Assembly: GCA_964474885.1 (NCBI GenBank)
Contig: CAYYWO010000006.1
Location: 1-58,452 of the forward strand
DNA from: Candidatus Hadarchaeota archaeon
GTDB taxonomy: Archaea > Hadarchaeota > Hadarchaeia > Hadarchaeales > JAWBSP01
Direction: 5' to 3'
DNA length: 58,452 nucleotides
A program made the position numbers and the translations under genes. The notes beneath the pieces are model-generated. The model had not been told where the DNA came from. It made no database searches and saw only the letters and a program-made list of their open reading frames with translations. Positions 9,955-19,415 of this stretch are shown here, one piece after another (within the stretch, counting starts at the first letter, position 1; each line of letters opens with the position of its first letter).

Positions 9955-10957
9955 TTTTGCCCCGCAGGTAAACCGTCTGAATCGGGAAGGGTATTTCTAT
10001 ACCTTCTTCCTTATACCTTCGGTGGAGGGCCTTGATGAACTCATGTACGAGCAAGTACTGATCGACGTATTCCTTTACTCTCAAGATGACTGTGAAGTTG
10101 ATGCTAAAGTCACCAAAAGTGTGATATCTGATAAAAGGTTCAAAATCGATCTCTCCGACTACTTTTTTCATGACTTCCTTTGCTACGTCGATTGTTACTT
10201 TTTCTACCTTCTCTAGATCACTGTCGTAACTAACACCGACTTGTACAAGCACTGCCATTTCTTTCTTAGGCAGATAATAGTTCTTCAGAATGGAACCCAC
10301 AAGTTTCGAGTTTGGAATAACTATGACATTATTTGGGAGCTCTCGGATCTTGGTGCTTCTCCACCCGATGTCTATGACGTAACCCTTTTGCCCGTTTTCT
10401 AATTCAATAAAATCACCAATCCTGATGGGTCGGTCAGTCATGATGTACACGCCAGCAAAGAAATTAGCCAAAGTTTCCTGCAAGGCAAAGGCAACTGCAA
10501 TACCGGCAATTCCCAATCCAGCAACCAGCGCCGTGACATCCACACCTAGTGAGTCCAATATCAAGATCAGAGCAATGATGTAGATGAGTAAGTTTCCGAT
10601 CTTAGCAAAAATTGGTGTTAAACCTGCTAGGCGCTCTTTCGAGTAGAAGGCTAAAATCCTTCCAAATATCCTAACTGCTATCCAGGTAGCAATTAGTATC
10701 AGTGCGACCTGACAAGTGACTTGAACATACCTCACGATTTGAGGGGAAACAAATGGAAGATAGGGAAAAGCAACGGAAAAGCCAGTTATCAAAAATGCCA
10801 AAAGAATAGCAGGAGTAACACCTCTTAGGATGGATGTGACAATTGCGTTTTGTTTTACAAGTCTAATCAAGTACTTACCCAGAAGGAATCTCGTTAGATG
10901 TCCCACGATATAGAAACCAGCGAGAATTAGGATGAAGGAGATAAGATCTTGTAGCAT
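9944..10957 (-). CDS. mscS: Small-conductance mechanosensitive channel
   Basis: TM helices, LGIAGIAVAFALQ, PIRIGDFI, IGWRSTKI, IPNS, GIEIPFP. Confidence 0.93.
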   Translation of the reverse strand: MLQDLISFILILAGFYIVGHLTRFLLGKYLIRLVKQNAIVTSILRGVTPAILLAFLITGFSVAFPYLPFVSPQIVRYVQVTCQVALILIATWIAVRIFGRILAFYSKERLAGLTPIFAKIGNLLIYIIALILILDSLGVDVTALVAGLGIAGIAVAFALQETLANFFAGVYIMTDRPIRIGDFIELENGQKGYVIDIGWRSTKIRELPNNVIVIPNSKLVGSILKNYYLPKKEMAVLVQVGVSYDSDLEKVEKVTIDVAKEVMKKVVGEIDFEPFIRYHTFGDFSINFTVILRVKEYVDQYLLVHEFIKALHRRYKEEGIEIPFPIQTVYLRGKTSA

Positions 10958-12157
10958 CTAAGAGAGCATTTCAGTCCAGAGGTCTATCCAGTCCTCTACA
11001 AGTCGAGTGATGAGGAAGTTCTCTTTCACATGCATGTGCGCTCTGATGCCCATTTCCTCCCTGAGATTTCTGCTGGAGAGGAGGTCCAAGATACGTTTTG
11101 CGGTTTCCTCGTAATCAAATGGATCGACTAAGTATCCATTAACGCCATCTTGTATCTGCGCTGGGATCCCTCCTACGTTGGATGCGACAACCGGTTTCTT
11201 TTTCCACATCGCTTCTGTAACAGTTAGACCGAATCCTTCCTTGATAGATTTTTGGATAACAACGTCCGATGCCCTCTGGATGACGTTTACCATGATGTCG
11301 TGCCATCCTGTTATCAAACGCACATCTTTCATCCCTTTAGTTTTTGCATGCAGTTGCTCATAAACTTCTTGCCCTTCGGGATCATCCAATGCTATATCTC
11401 CGATCAGGACCAGCTGGCAATCCATCTCTTTTCTTATGAGTTCGAAAACCTTCAGCACCCCGAAGGGATCCTTCCACTTGTCGAACCTAGATACTTGACA
11501 GATTATAGGTCTTTTGGGATCGATATTGACTTTTTTTAGATAACGCAAAACTGTGCTACGGGAGACAGGCATGTTCTTGAACGATAAGGGGTCAATGGCA
11601 GGTCTGATTACTTTGAACTCACCGGGAACTCTGGCGGCAAATTCTTCCATGTGATACACTGTGATGTCATACTGGAGCAGAAATCCCTTCAGGTATCTCC
11701 AAATTTTCTTGTTAGGTGTGGACAAATCGATGTGACATCTCCAGATCCACGGTTGTCTTTTTCTGTAGAATTTAATTAGGGGGAGGGGCTGGGGGTCGTG
11801 CACCACAACCAGGTCATGATCGATATGAGTGAATTTAGCAAAGAGCTGATTCGTTTCCTCATAGATTTTCATTTTTCGGGCAGTCAGGGATATCGAATCT
11901 CCCTGCAGGGCATTATGGAATTTTTTTGTCACCCTGAAAAAATCAGGAGAACCCACCAAGGTTCTCCACCCGACGTAGAGTCCCATGTCATTCATCAGGG
12001 GGATCTTGCTCCTGAGAATCTCGGCCACGCCGCCCCCATACGGGGTGGAACTTATTTCTAGGATGCGCTTCTTATAAAGTCTACGCGCTTTCCTGTAAAT
12101 CTGGACTATTTTATCATCACCAACGATATCTCTGTAATCGGTGAGCCTTCTCAACAT
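10958..12157 (-). CDS. treT: Trehalose glycosyltransferring synthase TreT
   Basis: SSTPYGGGVAEIL, FFRVTKKFHNALQG, HDPQP, WRCHID, SRFDKWKDP, EGFGLTVTEAMWK; ATG at 12157 likely. Confidence 0.92.
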   Translation of the reverse strand: MLRRLTDYRDIVGDDKIVQIYRKARRLYKKRILEISSTPYGGGVAEILRSKIPLMNDMGLYVGWRTLVGSPDFFRVTKKFHNALQGDSISLTARKMKIYEETNQLFAKFTHIDHDLVVVHDPQPLPLIKFYRKRQPWIWRCHIDLSTPNKKIWRYLKGFLLQYDITVYHMEEFAARVPGEFKVIRPAIDPLSFKNMPVSRSTVLRYLKKVNIDPKRPIICQVSRFDKWKDPFGVLKVFELIRKEMDCQLVLIGDIALDDPEGQEVYEQLHAKTKGMKDVRLITGWHDIMVNVIQRASDVVIQKSIKEGFGLTVTEAMWKKKPVVASNVGGIPAQIQDGVNGYLVDPFDYEETAKRILDLLSSRNLREEMGIRAHMHVKENFLITRLVEDWIDLWTEMLS

Positions 12158-12190
12158 CACGGTTTTTGGCTTTGTGTTTAAATTCAAATC

Positions 12191-12958
12191 ATGTTGGAAC
12201 CCCTACTGGAACACAAGCAGGAGCTTGCCGCGAGGTTCCGTAAAGGAGGGTTAATCTTCCTTGACTACGACGGTACTCTCACACCGATCGTTGATAAGCC
12301 TGAACTGGCAGTTCTGGATCCTAAGACCAGGGAATTCGTTCGAAGATTAGCTATGAAATTCACGGTGATTCTAGTTAGCGGAAGATCGGTTTCAGACCTC
12401 GTGGAAATTTCTGGAGTGGAGGTGACAGGATTCGTCGGGAACCATGGCCTTGAGATAAAAATCCCGGGACTCACCTTTATTCATCCCCAAGCTAGGAGGA
12501 CTGAACCTGTGATTGCCCATTTATGTAGAGAGATACGGTCAAGGTGCGGGCACATCGAGGGAGTTTTCGTTGAGAACAAGAAGCTAACTGCTAGCATCCA
12601 TTACAGGAATGTTCTCAAGGCCGAACTTTCAAAGCTCAGACAAATTTTTCGAGGCATCGTAAAGCCCTACTTAGAGAACCGAAAGATCAGAATATCTCAA
12701 GGGAAAAAAGTTTGGGAATTGCGCCCCCCGGTCCAATGGAACAAAGGGAATGCAGTGACATGGTTGGTGAGATTATTCAATCCGAGAAAAGAACTACCAG
12801 TGTTTTATGCCGGGGACGACCGGACGGACGAGGATGCTTTCGCGGTGTTAAAAGGAACCGGGATAACAGTTTTGGTTGCGGAGAGACCTCGAAAATCTTG
12901 GGCGAAATTCCGCGCTAGAAATTCGGAGGAAGTAATAGAGTTTCTCCGTTCCCTCTAG
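12191..12958 (+). CDS. otsB: Trehalose-6-phosphate phosphatase
   Basis: FLDYDGTL, VSGR, GNHG, SIHYR, GKKVWELRP, WNKG, GDDRTDEDAF. Confidence 0.95.
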   Translation: MLEPLLEHKQELAARFRKGGLIFLDYDGTLTPIVDKPELAVLDPKTREFVRRLAMKFTVILVSGRSVSDLVEISGVEVTGFVGNHGLEIKIPGLTFIHPQARRTEPVIAHLCREIRSRCGHIEGVFVENKKLTASIHYRNVLKAELSKLRQIFRGIVKPYLENRKIRISQGKKVWELRPPVQWNKGNAVTWLVRLFNPRKELPVFYAGDDRTDEDAFAVLKGTGITVLVAERPRKSWAKFRARNSEEVIEFLRSL

Positions 12959-13386
12959 GAAGCTTTTTTCTCAATGACTCTCTTCAAGTTTGCCAAAGAG
13001 CGTTTTATGTACCGAAGGACGATTCTGCGGATAAGCTCCCTCAAAATGGAGGACTTCGGCCTACCATCAAACCTGTACACATGGATTACTTTGGTGGAAT
13101 CATCCTTGAGGGATAAGAAGATACCTTCATGGTAAAACTGCAGAGGTCCTATTTTTACCCTGTCCACATACCTGCGTTCAGGTTTAAAGTAGACAGCCTC
13201 GGTTCGGACGAGTAGCCTTGGGAATCTGAGTTTGTATACCATCTTCGAGTAGGGACCAAGGTGTTCTGAGAGGCGCCTGGCATGTTTGACGAGAGGATTC
13301 CAATAGGGGGCGTTTAGACCATCTGCAGCAAACCAAAAGACCTTACTGCGCCTCTCGCGGATAACGATTTCACCTCTTACCTCCAT
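12955..13386 (-). CDS. SRPBCC/START-like family protein
   Basis: Size and pattern (VFWFAAD..NAPYW; C-terminal LANLKRVIE helix). Confidence 0.65.
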   Translation of the reverse strand: MEVRGEIVIRERRSKVFWFAADGLNAPYWNPLVKHARRLSEHLGPYSKMVYKLRFPRLLVRTEAVYFKPERRYVDRVKIGPLQFYHEGIFLSLKDDSTKVIHVYRFDGRPKSSILRELIRRIVLRYIKRSLANLKRVIEKKAS

Positions 13387-13414
13387 TTCTTTTTTTCCTA
13401 GCTAGAAAATTAAA

Positions 13415-13432
13415 TGAGCCGCCGGTGGGCTT
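13415..13432 (-). repeat. att-like direct repeat: copy of the tRNA-Thr 3' end
   Basis: TGAGCCGCCGGTGGGCTT, identical to 15478-15495. Confidence 0.9.
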
Positions 13433-13459
13433 CCTATCAAAAGTATAAGACAGAGAAAG

Positions 13460-14764
13460 ATGAGCAAAATTTTGAAACATCACTTTATGAGTGCAACATT
13501 AACTCATTTTGGGCGAGATATGCTACTAACCACATCAGAAAGATTCCGAAAGCACTTAGCTAAATGTTTGCAAGTTTCCTTGTTAACCTCTCTTATCTTT
13601 TCTCTCGTCGTTTTCATTCGCTTAACGTGGAAATTGACATTGCAACAGTACCATATAGTACTCTACGATATCTATCACATTTCACTTCACTTTGTGCTTC
13701 CACTCGCAATTGTTTTTATCGCTATCACACAATCAAACCTTCTTAAGAAAGTGAGAAGTAAGGCTACTTTATGGCATATTTCAGGACTTATTTTAGGGCT
13801 CATTTTACTGACTACTTCATTGCTTTGGTGGATCAAGTTGGCTTACACTTGTCCATTTTATGTGGATCTTCTCGTATCTTTTTCCCTGCTATTTTTCCTT
13901 ATATTTCTGACAAGTCATATGTTGAAAATCCGGTTAGGTTCAAGATTTGCCGTTTTCGTTGTTTTCGCAATTGTGTTCTCCTTCGTGGCGCCTTATGCGT
14001 CCGCCCGGCTAAGTTTCGCTCACATTATTTCAACAATCGGGAAAAGCGAAAACCAATGGGAAGAAGCGGCACGTGTTTCAGAATACATTAGATCCATCAC
14101 CATATCGTTTTGGGATTTCCATGGGGAGGAAAGGGACTATGTTAGGTGGCACAGAGCTCGGAATATGTTTGGCTTCGACATTCAAAAGTATTTGGTAGTG
14201 GGTGTTGGCGGATGTGAGGAAATGGCCCATGCAACCAAAAGATTTCTTGATTATTTGGACATAAACTCCCACGTAGCCAGCTTTCCTGGAGAAGATCACG
14301 CTTTTGTAGAAGTTAGATTGGACAACACGTGGCTCGTGTTAGACCCAGGATATCGGCTCAATTTAATAACAAGGGAAGAAAGAGGTCAAAAAAGATTAGA
14401 AGAAATAGGTGGCCTCTCGTATGTAGTCGCATATATCGATCAAGACACTGTTGAAATAACACAAAAATATGTGCCCACAGACAAGATTGTGATTAAAATA
14501 ACAGACAACGGTATGCCAGTAGCTAATGCAAAAATCGTTCTCTCCCATATGTTCATGGGGAAAACTGAATCGTTGCCAGCGCTTTATTCTGATTCCGACG
14601 GCGTGGTGGAGTTAAATTTGGGTCCGATGTCATATAACTCTCGTGTTGAACCCGTTGAACCGTATTACTGGATTATTGTAAATGAAGAAAACACGGGTTG
14701 TAAAGTACAAAGCACTGGTTCTGGAAAAACCGCCAACGTGGAAATCGATTTAGCAAACGTTTGA
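13460..14764 (+). CDS. Multi-TM transglutaminase-like (PNGase-like) protein with C-terminal beta-rich domain
   Basis: About five hydrophobic segments, then GGCEEMA / DHAFVEV / WLVLDPG Cys-His-Asp triad; start may be a later ATG. Confidence 0.75.
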   Translation: MSKILKHHFMSATLTHFGRDMLLTTSERFRKHLAKCLQVSLLTSLIFSLVVFIRLTWKLTLQQYHIVLYDIYHISLHFVLPLAIVFIAITQSNLLKKVRSKATLWHISGLILGLILLTTSLLWWIKLAYTCPFYVDLLVSFSLLFFLIFLTSHMLKIRLGSRFAVFVVFAIVFSFVAPYASARLSFAHIISTIGKSENQWEEAARVSEYIRSITISFWDFHGEERDYVRWHRARNMFGFDIQKYLVVGVGGCEEMAHATKRFLDYLDINSHVASFPGEDHAFVEVRLDNTWLVLDPGYRLNLITREERGQKRLEEIGGLSYVVAYIDQDTVEITQKYVPTDKIVIKITDNGMPVANAKIVLSHMFMGKTESLPALYSDSDGVVELNLGPMSYNSRVEPVEPYYWIIVNEENTGCKVQSTGSGKTANVEIDLANV

Positions 14765-14889
14765 AGTCCTAGGTACTGGAGCCAGCATCATCTTCCGAAT
14801 CACACTGGGTTCATCTGGGTTGCTCGACCTGATGTTCAGAAGAACTGTGGCTGTCGATTGCCTCGCCTATTTTTTGATTTGAGTCTCAT

Positions 14890-15439
14890 TATCTTTGTTG
14901 GTTTTGCTTGTACATCTGGATGATACCATCGATGGCTCTCCTCAAGCTTTTCCGTCCACCATGCAAATGTGCAACGCACCTTTTGCTACAAGAACAGTAG
15001 GCCCATAAAACGCCGCTGCTTCGAACTTTTTATGGCCTCGCTTGGTGCGGACTTGAACCTCTTCACGTATTTAGACGATATGATTTCCTCGGTCAAAACG
15101 CAACGCGCCAAAGAGAGAGGAGTTTATCAACACCGCCGCGCTTTTGAGGCATCGTTGAAAACACGCTGTATAGAGTCGAATATTTCTGTCCACACACCTG
15201 AGATAAGTCTGAAATATCGTACGCAATCTTAGGCCTCCCCAGTTCGTCGTAATAAGCAGTAATCTTGATATTCCATGTGCTCTCAATCGCTTTAAAGTGT
15301 TGCTCAGGGTTCTTTCCGATAGACCCGTTTCGTCCTTTGTTCTTTCCAGCACAGTGGCCCCTTTTTGACAAGTGCGGTCATTATTCGCTCTACTATTTCG
15401 TTCGCAGTAGCCTGCGTGAATGTCTATCTCGTCCCCCAT
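14890..15439 (-). pseudogene. Winged-HTH regulator pseudogene
   Basis: Three frames join into ANEIVERIMTALVKKGPLCWKE/KDETGLSERTLSNTLKRLRAHGI/KITAYYDELGRPKIAYDIS with 1-nt deletions near 15339 and 15268; both ends uncertain. Confidence 0.65.
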
Positions 15440-15479
15440 CCCTTCCTTCCTTCTTTATAAACTTCTGTACTTTGGTGTG

Positions 15480-15552
15480 AGCCGCCGGTGGGCTTTGAAC
15501 CCACGACCTGCCGCTTACAAGGCGGCCGCTCTACCGGCTGAGCTACGGCGGC
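15480..15552 (-). tRNA. tRNA-Thr(TGT), no intron, CCA not encoded
   Basis: Acceptor GCCGCCG/CGGCGGC; anticodon arm GCCGC-CTTGTAA-GCGGC; T arm GTGGG-TTCAAAG-CCCAC. Confidence 0.97.
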
Positions 15553-15822
15553 AATCAAATTTATTTATTTCTTCTGGATAATCCCTCTATTTCAGTATGG
15601 CCCTTTTCCTGAACAATTGAGGAGAGATCTGTATCTCCCCTGACCGGAGATCAACGGGGAGGGCATTATTCTCCAGCTGGAAGGCCCCGGGTTTCTGGTT
15701 TTTCTCCTTCCGCATGATATCCCCACTTGGTAACTGTACCTACCGGCCTCTTCTGCCTGCAGGCCATCACTCATCAAGTTTTCCTTTCACCATCCCATGT
15801 ATTGAATTGGGAGGTGATCTAA

Positions 15823-16818
15823 GTGCGCGGGTGGTGGGAACTTCCAGTCGATGTAGATCGAAAGGGTGCAGTCCTCCTTGGAAAATCTGTAGCGTGCGAT
15901 GCTCACGCAGCGAGGCGAATAAGAGTGGTGACACACGCCCACAGGGACCACTTATGGGAGCTGAGCAAAAGCCTCAAGTTCTGCGAGAAGGTGGTCATGA
16001 CACCAGCGACAAGAGAGACTGTAGAAATCTTATGGGGGAAGAAATTGCCACAGGAGAAACTCTTGCTTCTGCAGTATGGTGAGGCAACAAATGTGGGGGA
16101 GGCAAGACTCCGACTGCATCCCGCTGACCATATTGTAGGTGCATGTCAAGTGGAACTCGAAACAGAGGTAGGCAGGATGGTCTACACCGGAGATTTCCGC
16201 TTACCAGGAACCCCCATCCTGCAGGCCGATTTCTTGGTGATGGAAGCCACTTATGGTAATCCCTCGAACCGGAGACCCTTTGAAAGGGAGATAGAACGGC
16301 TTCTCCTTCAGCTGGTTCAGCAGGAGCTCAGAAACGGGCCGGTATACATTTTCGGCTACCACGGGAAGCTCCAAGAAACCTGCAAGATACTATCAGAACT
16401 TAGGGTTCCTGTGCTCATGCCCTCCAAGGTTTACAAAATTGCGAAGGTTTGTGAAAAGTACGGCATGAAGCTCGGGGATTACTTTCTAGAAGGAAGCCTG
16501 GAGTCCCAAGAGATCTTCAGGAGCAGGGAGTTCGTAGCCCTGCACCATATGAGCGATAGAGGCAGGTTCGGTGCGGATGTTACTAGGGTCTATCTCAGCG
16601 GTTGGGAGTTTAGGGATCCCGTCAAAAAGCTGGGGCGGAGAGAGTATGTAGTGGCCCTGAGCGACCATACAGATTTCGATGGTCTGATTCAGTATGTGCG
16701 CGAAAGCTCCCCCCGCCTCGTGATCACAGATAACTATAGAATCGGTGATGCGAAGACCCTAGCCAAGGAGATAAAGAGGAGGCTTGGGATAGAGGCCTTT
16801 CCAAGACCCTACCCGTAG
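15823..16818 (+). CDS. Beta-CASP/MBL-fold nuclease
   Basis: THAHRDH, ADHIVG, YTGDF, EATYG, LSDHTDF; start uncertain. Confidence 0.88.
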   Translation: MRGWWELPVDVDRKGAVLLGKSVACDAHAARRIRVVTHAHRDHLWELSKSLKFCEKVVMTPATRETVEILWGKKLPQEKLLLLQYGEATNVGEARLRLHPADHIVGACQVELETEVGRMVYTGDFRLPGTPILQADFLVMEATYGNPSNRRPFEREIERLLLQLVQQELRNGPVYIFGYHGKLQETCKILSELRVPVLMPSKVYKIAKVCEKYGMKLGDYFLEGSLESQEIFRSREFVALHHMSDRGRFGADVTRVYLSGWEFRDPVKKLGRREYVVALSDHTDFDGLIQYVRESSPRLVITDNYRIGDAKTLAKEIKRRLGIEAFPRPYP

Positions 16819-17278
16819 GATAGAGATTGCTGTATGGGTTCATGTGCAGGTTCAGTGCTTGAACCAAGGGGCCCGCGATGAACTCCGGTGAGGGCGTGCC
16901 GAGTTCGATCCCCCTGCATGCCGAGCTGAGATACACGAAATACATTCGCCTGCCATAGTTCACTCCAGCATCACTGGGATGACCAAACTTGGGCTCCCGG
17001 TAAATCCTGAAGGGCCACATCTTACAGGCATAAGGTTTAAGGGAACCCTGCAGTTTGCAGAAATAGGCATCCCCTCTTTTTTCTAGGAAGGGACATATCC
17101 CATCCTTTAGCTTGATCCTGAACTTCCCCTTCGACCACTCCACCAAGTCAGGACCAAAGAATCTGCTCAGAAGTTTGGCCTCGGATTTCGTTAGCGGGAC
17201 TCTGTAGTTCACGCAACAGTATCCGCACTGTCTGCAATCCCAGTTCCTCACCCATGACCACGGAATGTTGTTTTCCAT
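16724..17278 (-). CDS. YkgJ/CxxCxxCC family cysteine-cluster protein
   Basis: CRQCGYCC, CPFL, C..KPYACKMWPF. Confidence 0.85.
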   Translation of the reverse strand: MENNIPWSWVRNWDCRQCGYCCVNYRVPLTKSEAKLLSRFFGPDLVEWSKGKFRIKLKDGICPFLEKRGDAYFCKLQGSLKPYACKMWPFRIYREPKFGHPSDAGVNYGRRMYFVYLSSACRGIELGTPSPEFIAGPLVQALNLHMNPYSNLYPTGRVLERPLSQASSLSPWLGSSHHRFYSYL

Positions 17279-17344
17279 ATTCTTTATGAGGTCAGAGGGG
17301 TTCAAAAAACTAAGACAGAAAAGAGGGCTGGCGCAATTCTTCAG

Positions 17345-18274
17345 ATGAAACCTGTAAGGGACATCCAATTTGAGGGGGCAAGCCTCCGTGAGCTGCTACG
17401 CCGGATGAGGGACGCGGGAGGTTTTGCCGGCAGGGCCCTAGGGGAGGCGGTTGAGGTAATGATCGAGATGCTGAAGTCTTCTGAAACCTTGCGATTTCTG
17501 AGCTTTCCCGCCAACATCGTAGCAACCGGACTGAGAGGGGTGATAAGAGAAATGGCTGCCCGCCGATGGTTCGACGTATTCGTTACAACGTGCGGGGCCA
17601 TCGATCATGACTTGGCGAGGTGCTTCAAACCCTACTATCACGGGAGTTTTGAGGTGGACGATGCGGAGCTGAGGAAAAGAGGGATAAACAGGCTGGGTAA
17701 CGTCTTCATACCGGATGAATCCTATGGAGTCATCATCGAGGAGAAGATGCAAGAGTTCTTGGGAGAACTTTACAAGCAGGGGTTAAGGGAAGTGGCCTCA
17801 TACGAGTTGACAAGGGAGCTCGGGAAATGGCTGCAGAAGGAGGACTCTTTCCTTTACTGGTGCCAGAAAAATGAGATCCCAGTCATCGTCCCCGGACTGA
17901 CCGATGGAGCGGTTGGGTACCAGCTTTGGATGTTTTCCCAGCAGCGGCCAGATTTCAAGTTGGATCTCCTCAAAGATGAGCACCTGCTGAACGAGCTGAT
18001 CTGGCAGGCCAAATCCTGCAGTGCTTTGATAATAGGCGGCGGCATAAGCAAGCATCACGTGATCTGGTGGGCACAGTTCAAGGGGGGCTTGGATAGGGTC
18101 GTATACCTCACGACCGCCTCCGAATACGATGGCTCCCTCTCCGGAGCTAGGACGAGAGAGGGAATTTCTTGGGGGAAGGTGAAAGCCACCGCGCGCCACG
18201 TGACAGTAGATGGGGATGCAACCATAACCTTACCAATTTTAGTGGCGGCGGTCATCGAGGAGTTCTCAAAATAG
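17345..18274 (+). CDS. dys: Deoxyhypusine synthase
   Basis: ANIVATGLRG, GINRLGNV, GGGISKHH, DGSLSGARTREGISWGK, DAT. Confidence 0.96.
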   Translation: MKPVRDIQFEGASLRELLRRMRDAGGFAGRALGEAVEVMIEMLKSSETLRFLSFPANIVATGLRGVIREMAARRWFDVFVTTCGAIDHDLARCFKPYYHGSFEVDDAELRKRGINRLGNVFIPDESYGVIIEEKMQEFLGELYKQGLREVASYELTRELGKWLQKEDSFLYWCQKNEIPVIVPGLTDGAVGYQLWMFSQQRPDFKLDLLKDEHLLNELIWQAKSCSALIIGGGISKHHVIWWAQFKGGLDRVVYLTTASEYDGSLSGARTREGISWGKVKATARHVTVDGDATITLPILVAAVIEEFSK

Positions 18275-18292
18275 CTTTATGGGAGAGAAGCG

Positions 18293-19393
18293 GTGAATTT
18301 GATGTTCAGCAAGGAATCTCTGGAGTTTCTGAGGAAACTCACGGAGGCTTTCGGTCCCTCAGGCTTTGAGAAGGACGCTCAGACACTGGTTAAAGAGTAC
18401 ATATCCCCCTATGCCTCGGATGTTGTTAGGGACAAACTGGGTTCTCAAGCCTTTGTTTTTAGAGGCAGCTCAGATAGACCAAGAATACTCTTGGCCGCGC
18501 ATGTGGATGAAGTAGGGTTCGCCATTTCGGGAATAGATGAGAAGACGGGATTTCTAAGCTTCAACCCGTTGGGAGGATGGTGGGACCAAGTGCTTCTTGG
18601 GCAGCGGGTGATCGTCAGAACCACCAAGGGGGATCTCATGGGTGTGATCGCTTGCAAACCCCCGCACATCCTAACCAAGGAGGAGAGGGAGAAGGTGGTG
18701 AAGAAGGACGAGATGTACATCGACATAGGGGCAACGTCAAAGAAGGAGGCTGAGGAGATGGGGGTGAAGATAGGTGATCCTGTAGTCCCGTGGAGCCCCT
18801 TCGTTCTGCTAAGAGAGGGGAAAGTAGGGATAGGTAAGGCTCTGGATGACCGCATTGGTGCCTTCGTGATGCTGGAAGCCTGCAAAAAGATCAAAGAGGA
18901 GAATATAGAACATCCAAACACGATCTATGCCGCTACCACCGTTCAGGAGGAAGTCGGTCTCAGGGGGGCCAAGACGATATCTCACGTTGTGGAACCTGAT
19001 GTTGGCATAGTGCTGGAGGTTGATATACCCGGGGATGTACCAGGTGTAGAGCCAAGAAAGGCCGCCGCGAAAATGGGGAAGGGACCTACTTTAGTTACCC
19101 TGGACGGTACAATGGTTCCCAACCAGCCCTTCAAGGAATTCGTGATAAGGGTAGCGGAGGAATGCAAGATACCTCTACAGCTGACACAGATCCCTGGTGG
19201 AGGAACCGATGCCGGCAGGATTCACTTGCACGGGGCAGGCTGCCCGACCGTGGTGCTGGGGGTGCCCACTAGGCACATCCACAGCCACGCGGGGGTTTTC
19301 AGTCTTGAGGACGCGGCGAATGCTGTTAAACTCCTAATAGAGCTGATAAAGAGGCTGGATCTAAAAACGGTTGAAAGCTTCTCCTACGCCTAA
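18293..19393 (+). CDS. M42 family (TET-like) aminopeptidase
   Basis: GPSGFE, AHVDEVG, KALDDR, QEEVGLRGA, GGTDAG, RHIHS. Confidence 0.95.
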   Translation: MNLMFSKESLEFLRKLTEAFGPSGFEKDAQTLVKEYISPYASDVVRDKLGSQAFVFRGSSDRPRILLAAHVDEVGFAISGIDEKTGFLSFNPLGGWWDQVLLGQRVIVRTTKGDLMGVIACKPPHILTKEEREKVVKKDEMYIDIGATSKKEAEEMGVKIGDPVVPWSPFVLLREGKVGIGKALDDRIGAFVMLEACKKIKEENIEHPNTIYAATTVQEEVGLRGAKTISHVVEPDVGIVLEVDIPGDVPGVEPRKAAAKMGKGPTLVTLDGTMVPNQPFKEFVIRVAEECKIPLQLTQIPGGGTDAGRIHLHGAGCPTVVLGVPTRHIHSHAGVFSLEDAANAVKLLIELIKRLDLKTVESFSYA

Positions 19394-19415
19394 ATTTTTT
19401 CTGGTGTAAGTTGGT

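Larger units (their letters stand above)
13415..15495. mobile_element. Integrated islet at tRNA-Thr(TGT), without integrase
   Basis: Bounded by 18-bp perfect direct repeats of the tRNA 3' end; AT-richer content; one intact gene and one pseudogene. Confidence 0.8.

Noticed and set aside
15553-15822. 270-bp gap upstream of tRNA-Thr as a possible sRNA or small gene
   Set aside because: No complete C/D layout or convincing ORF; must hold two divergent promoters
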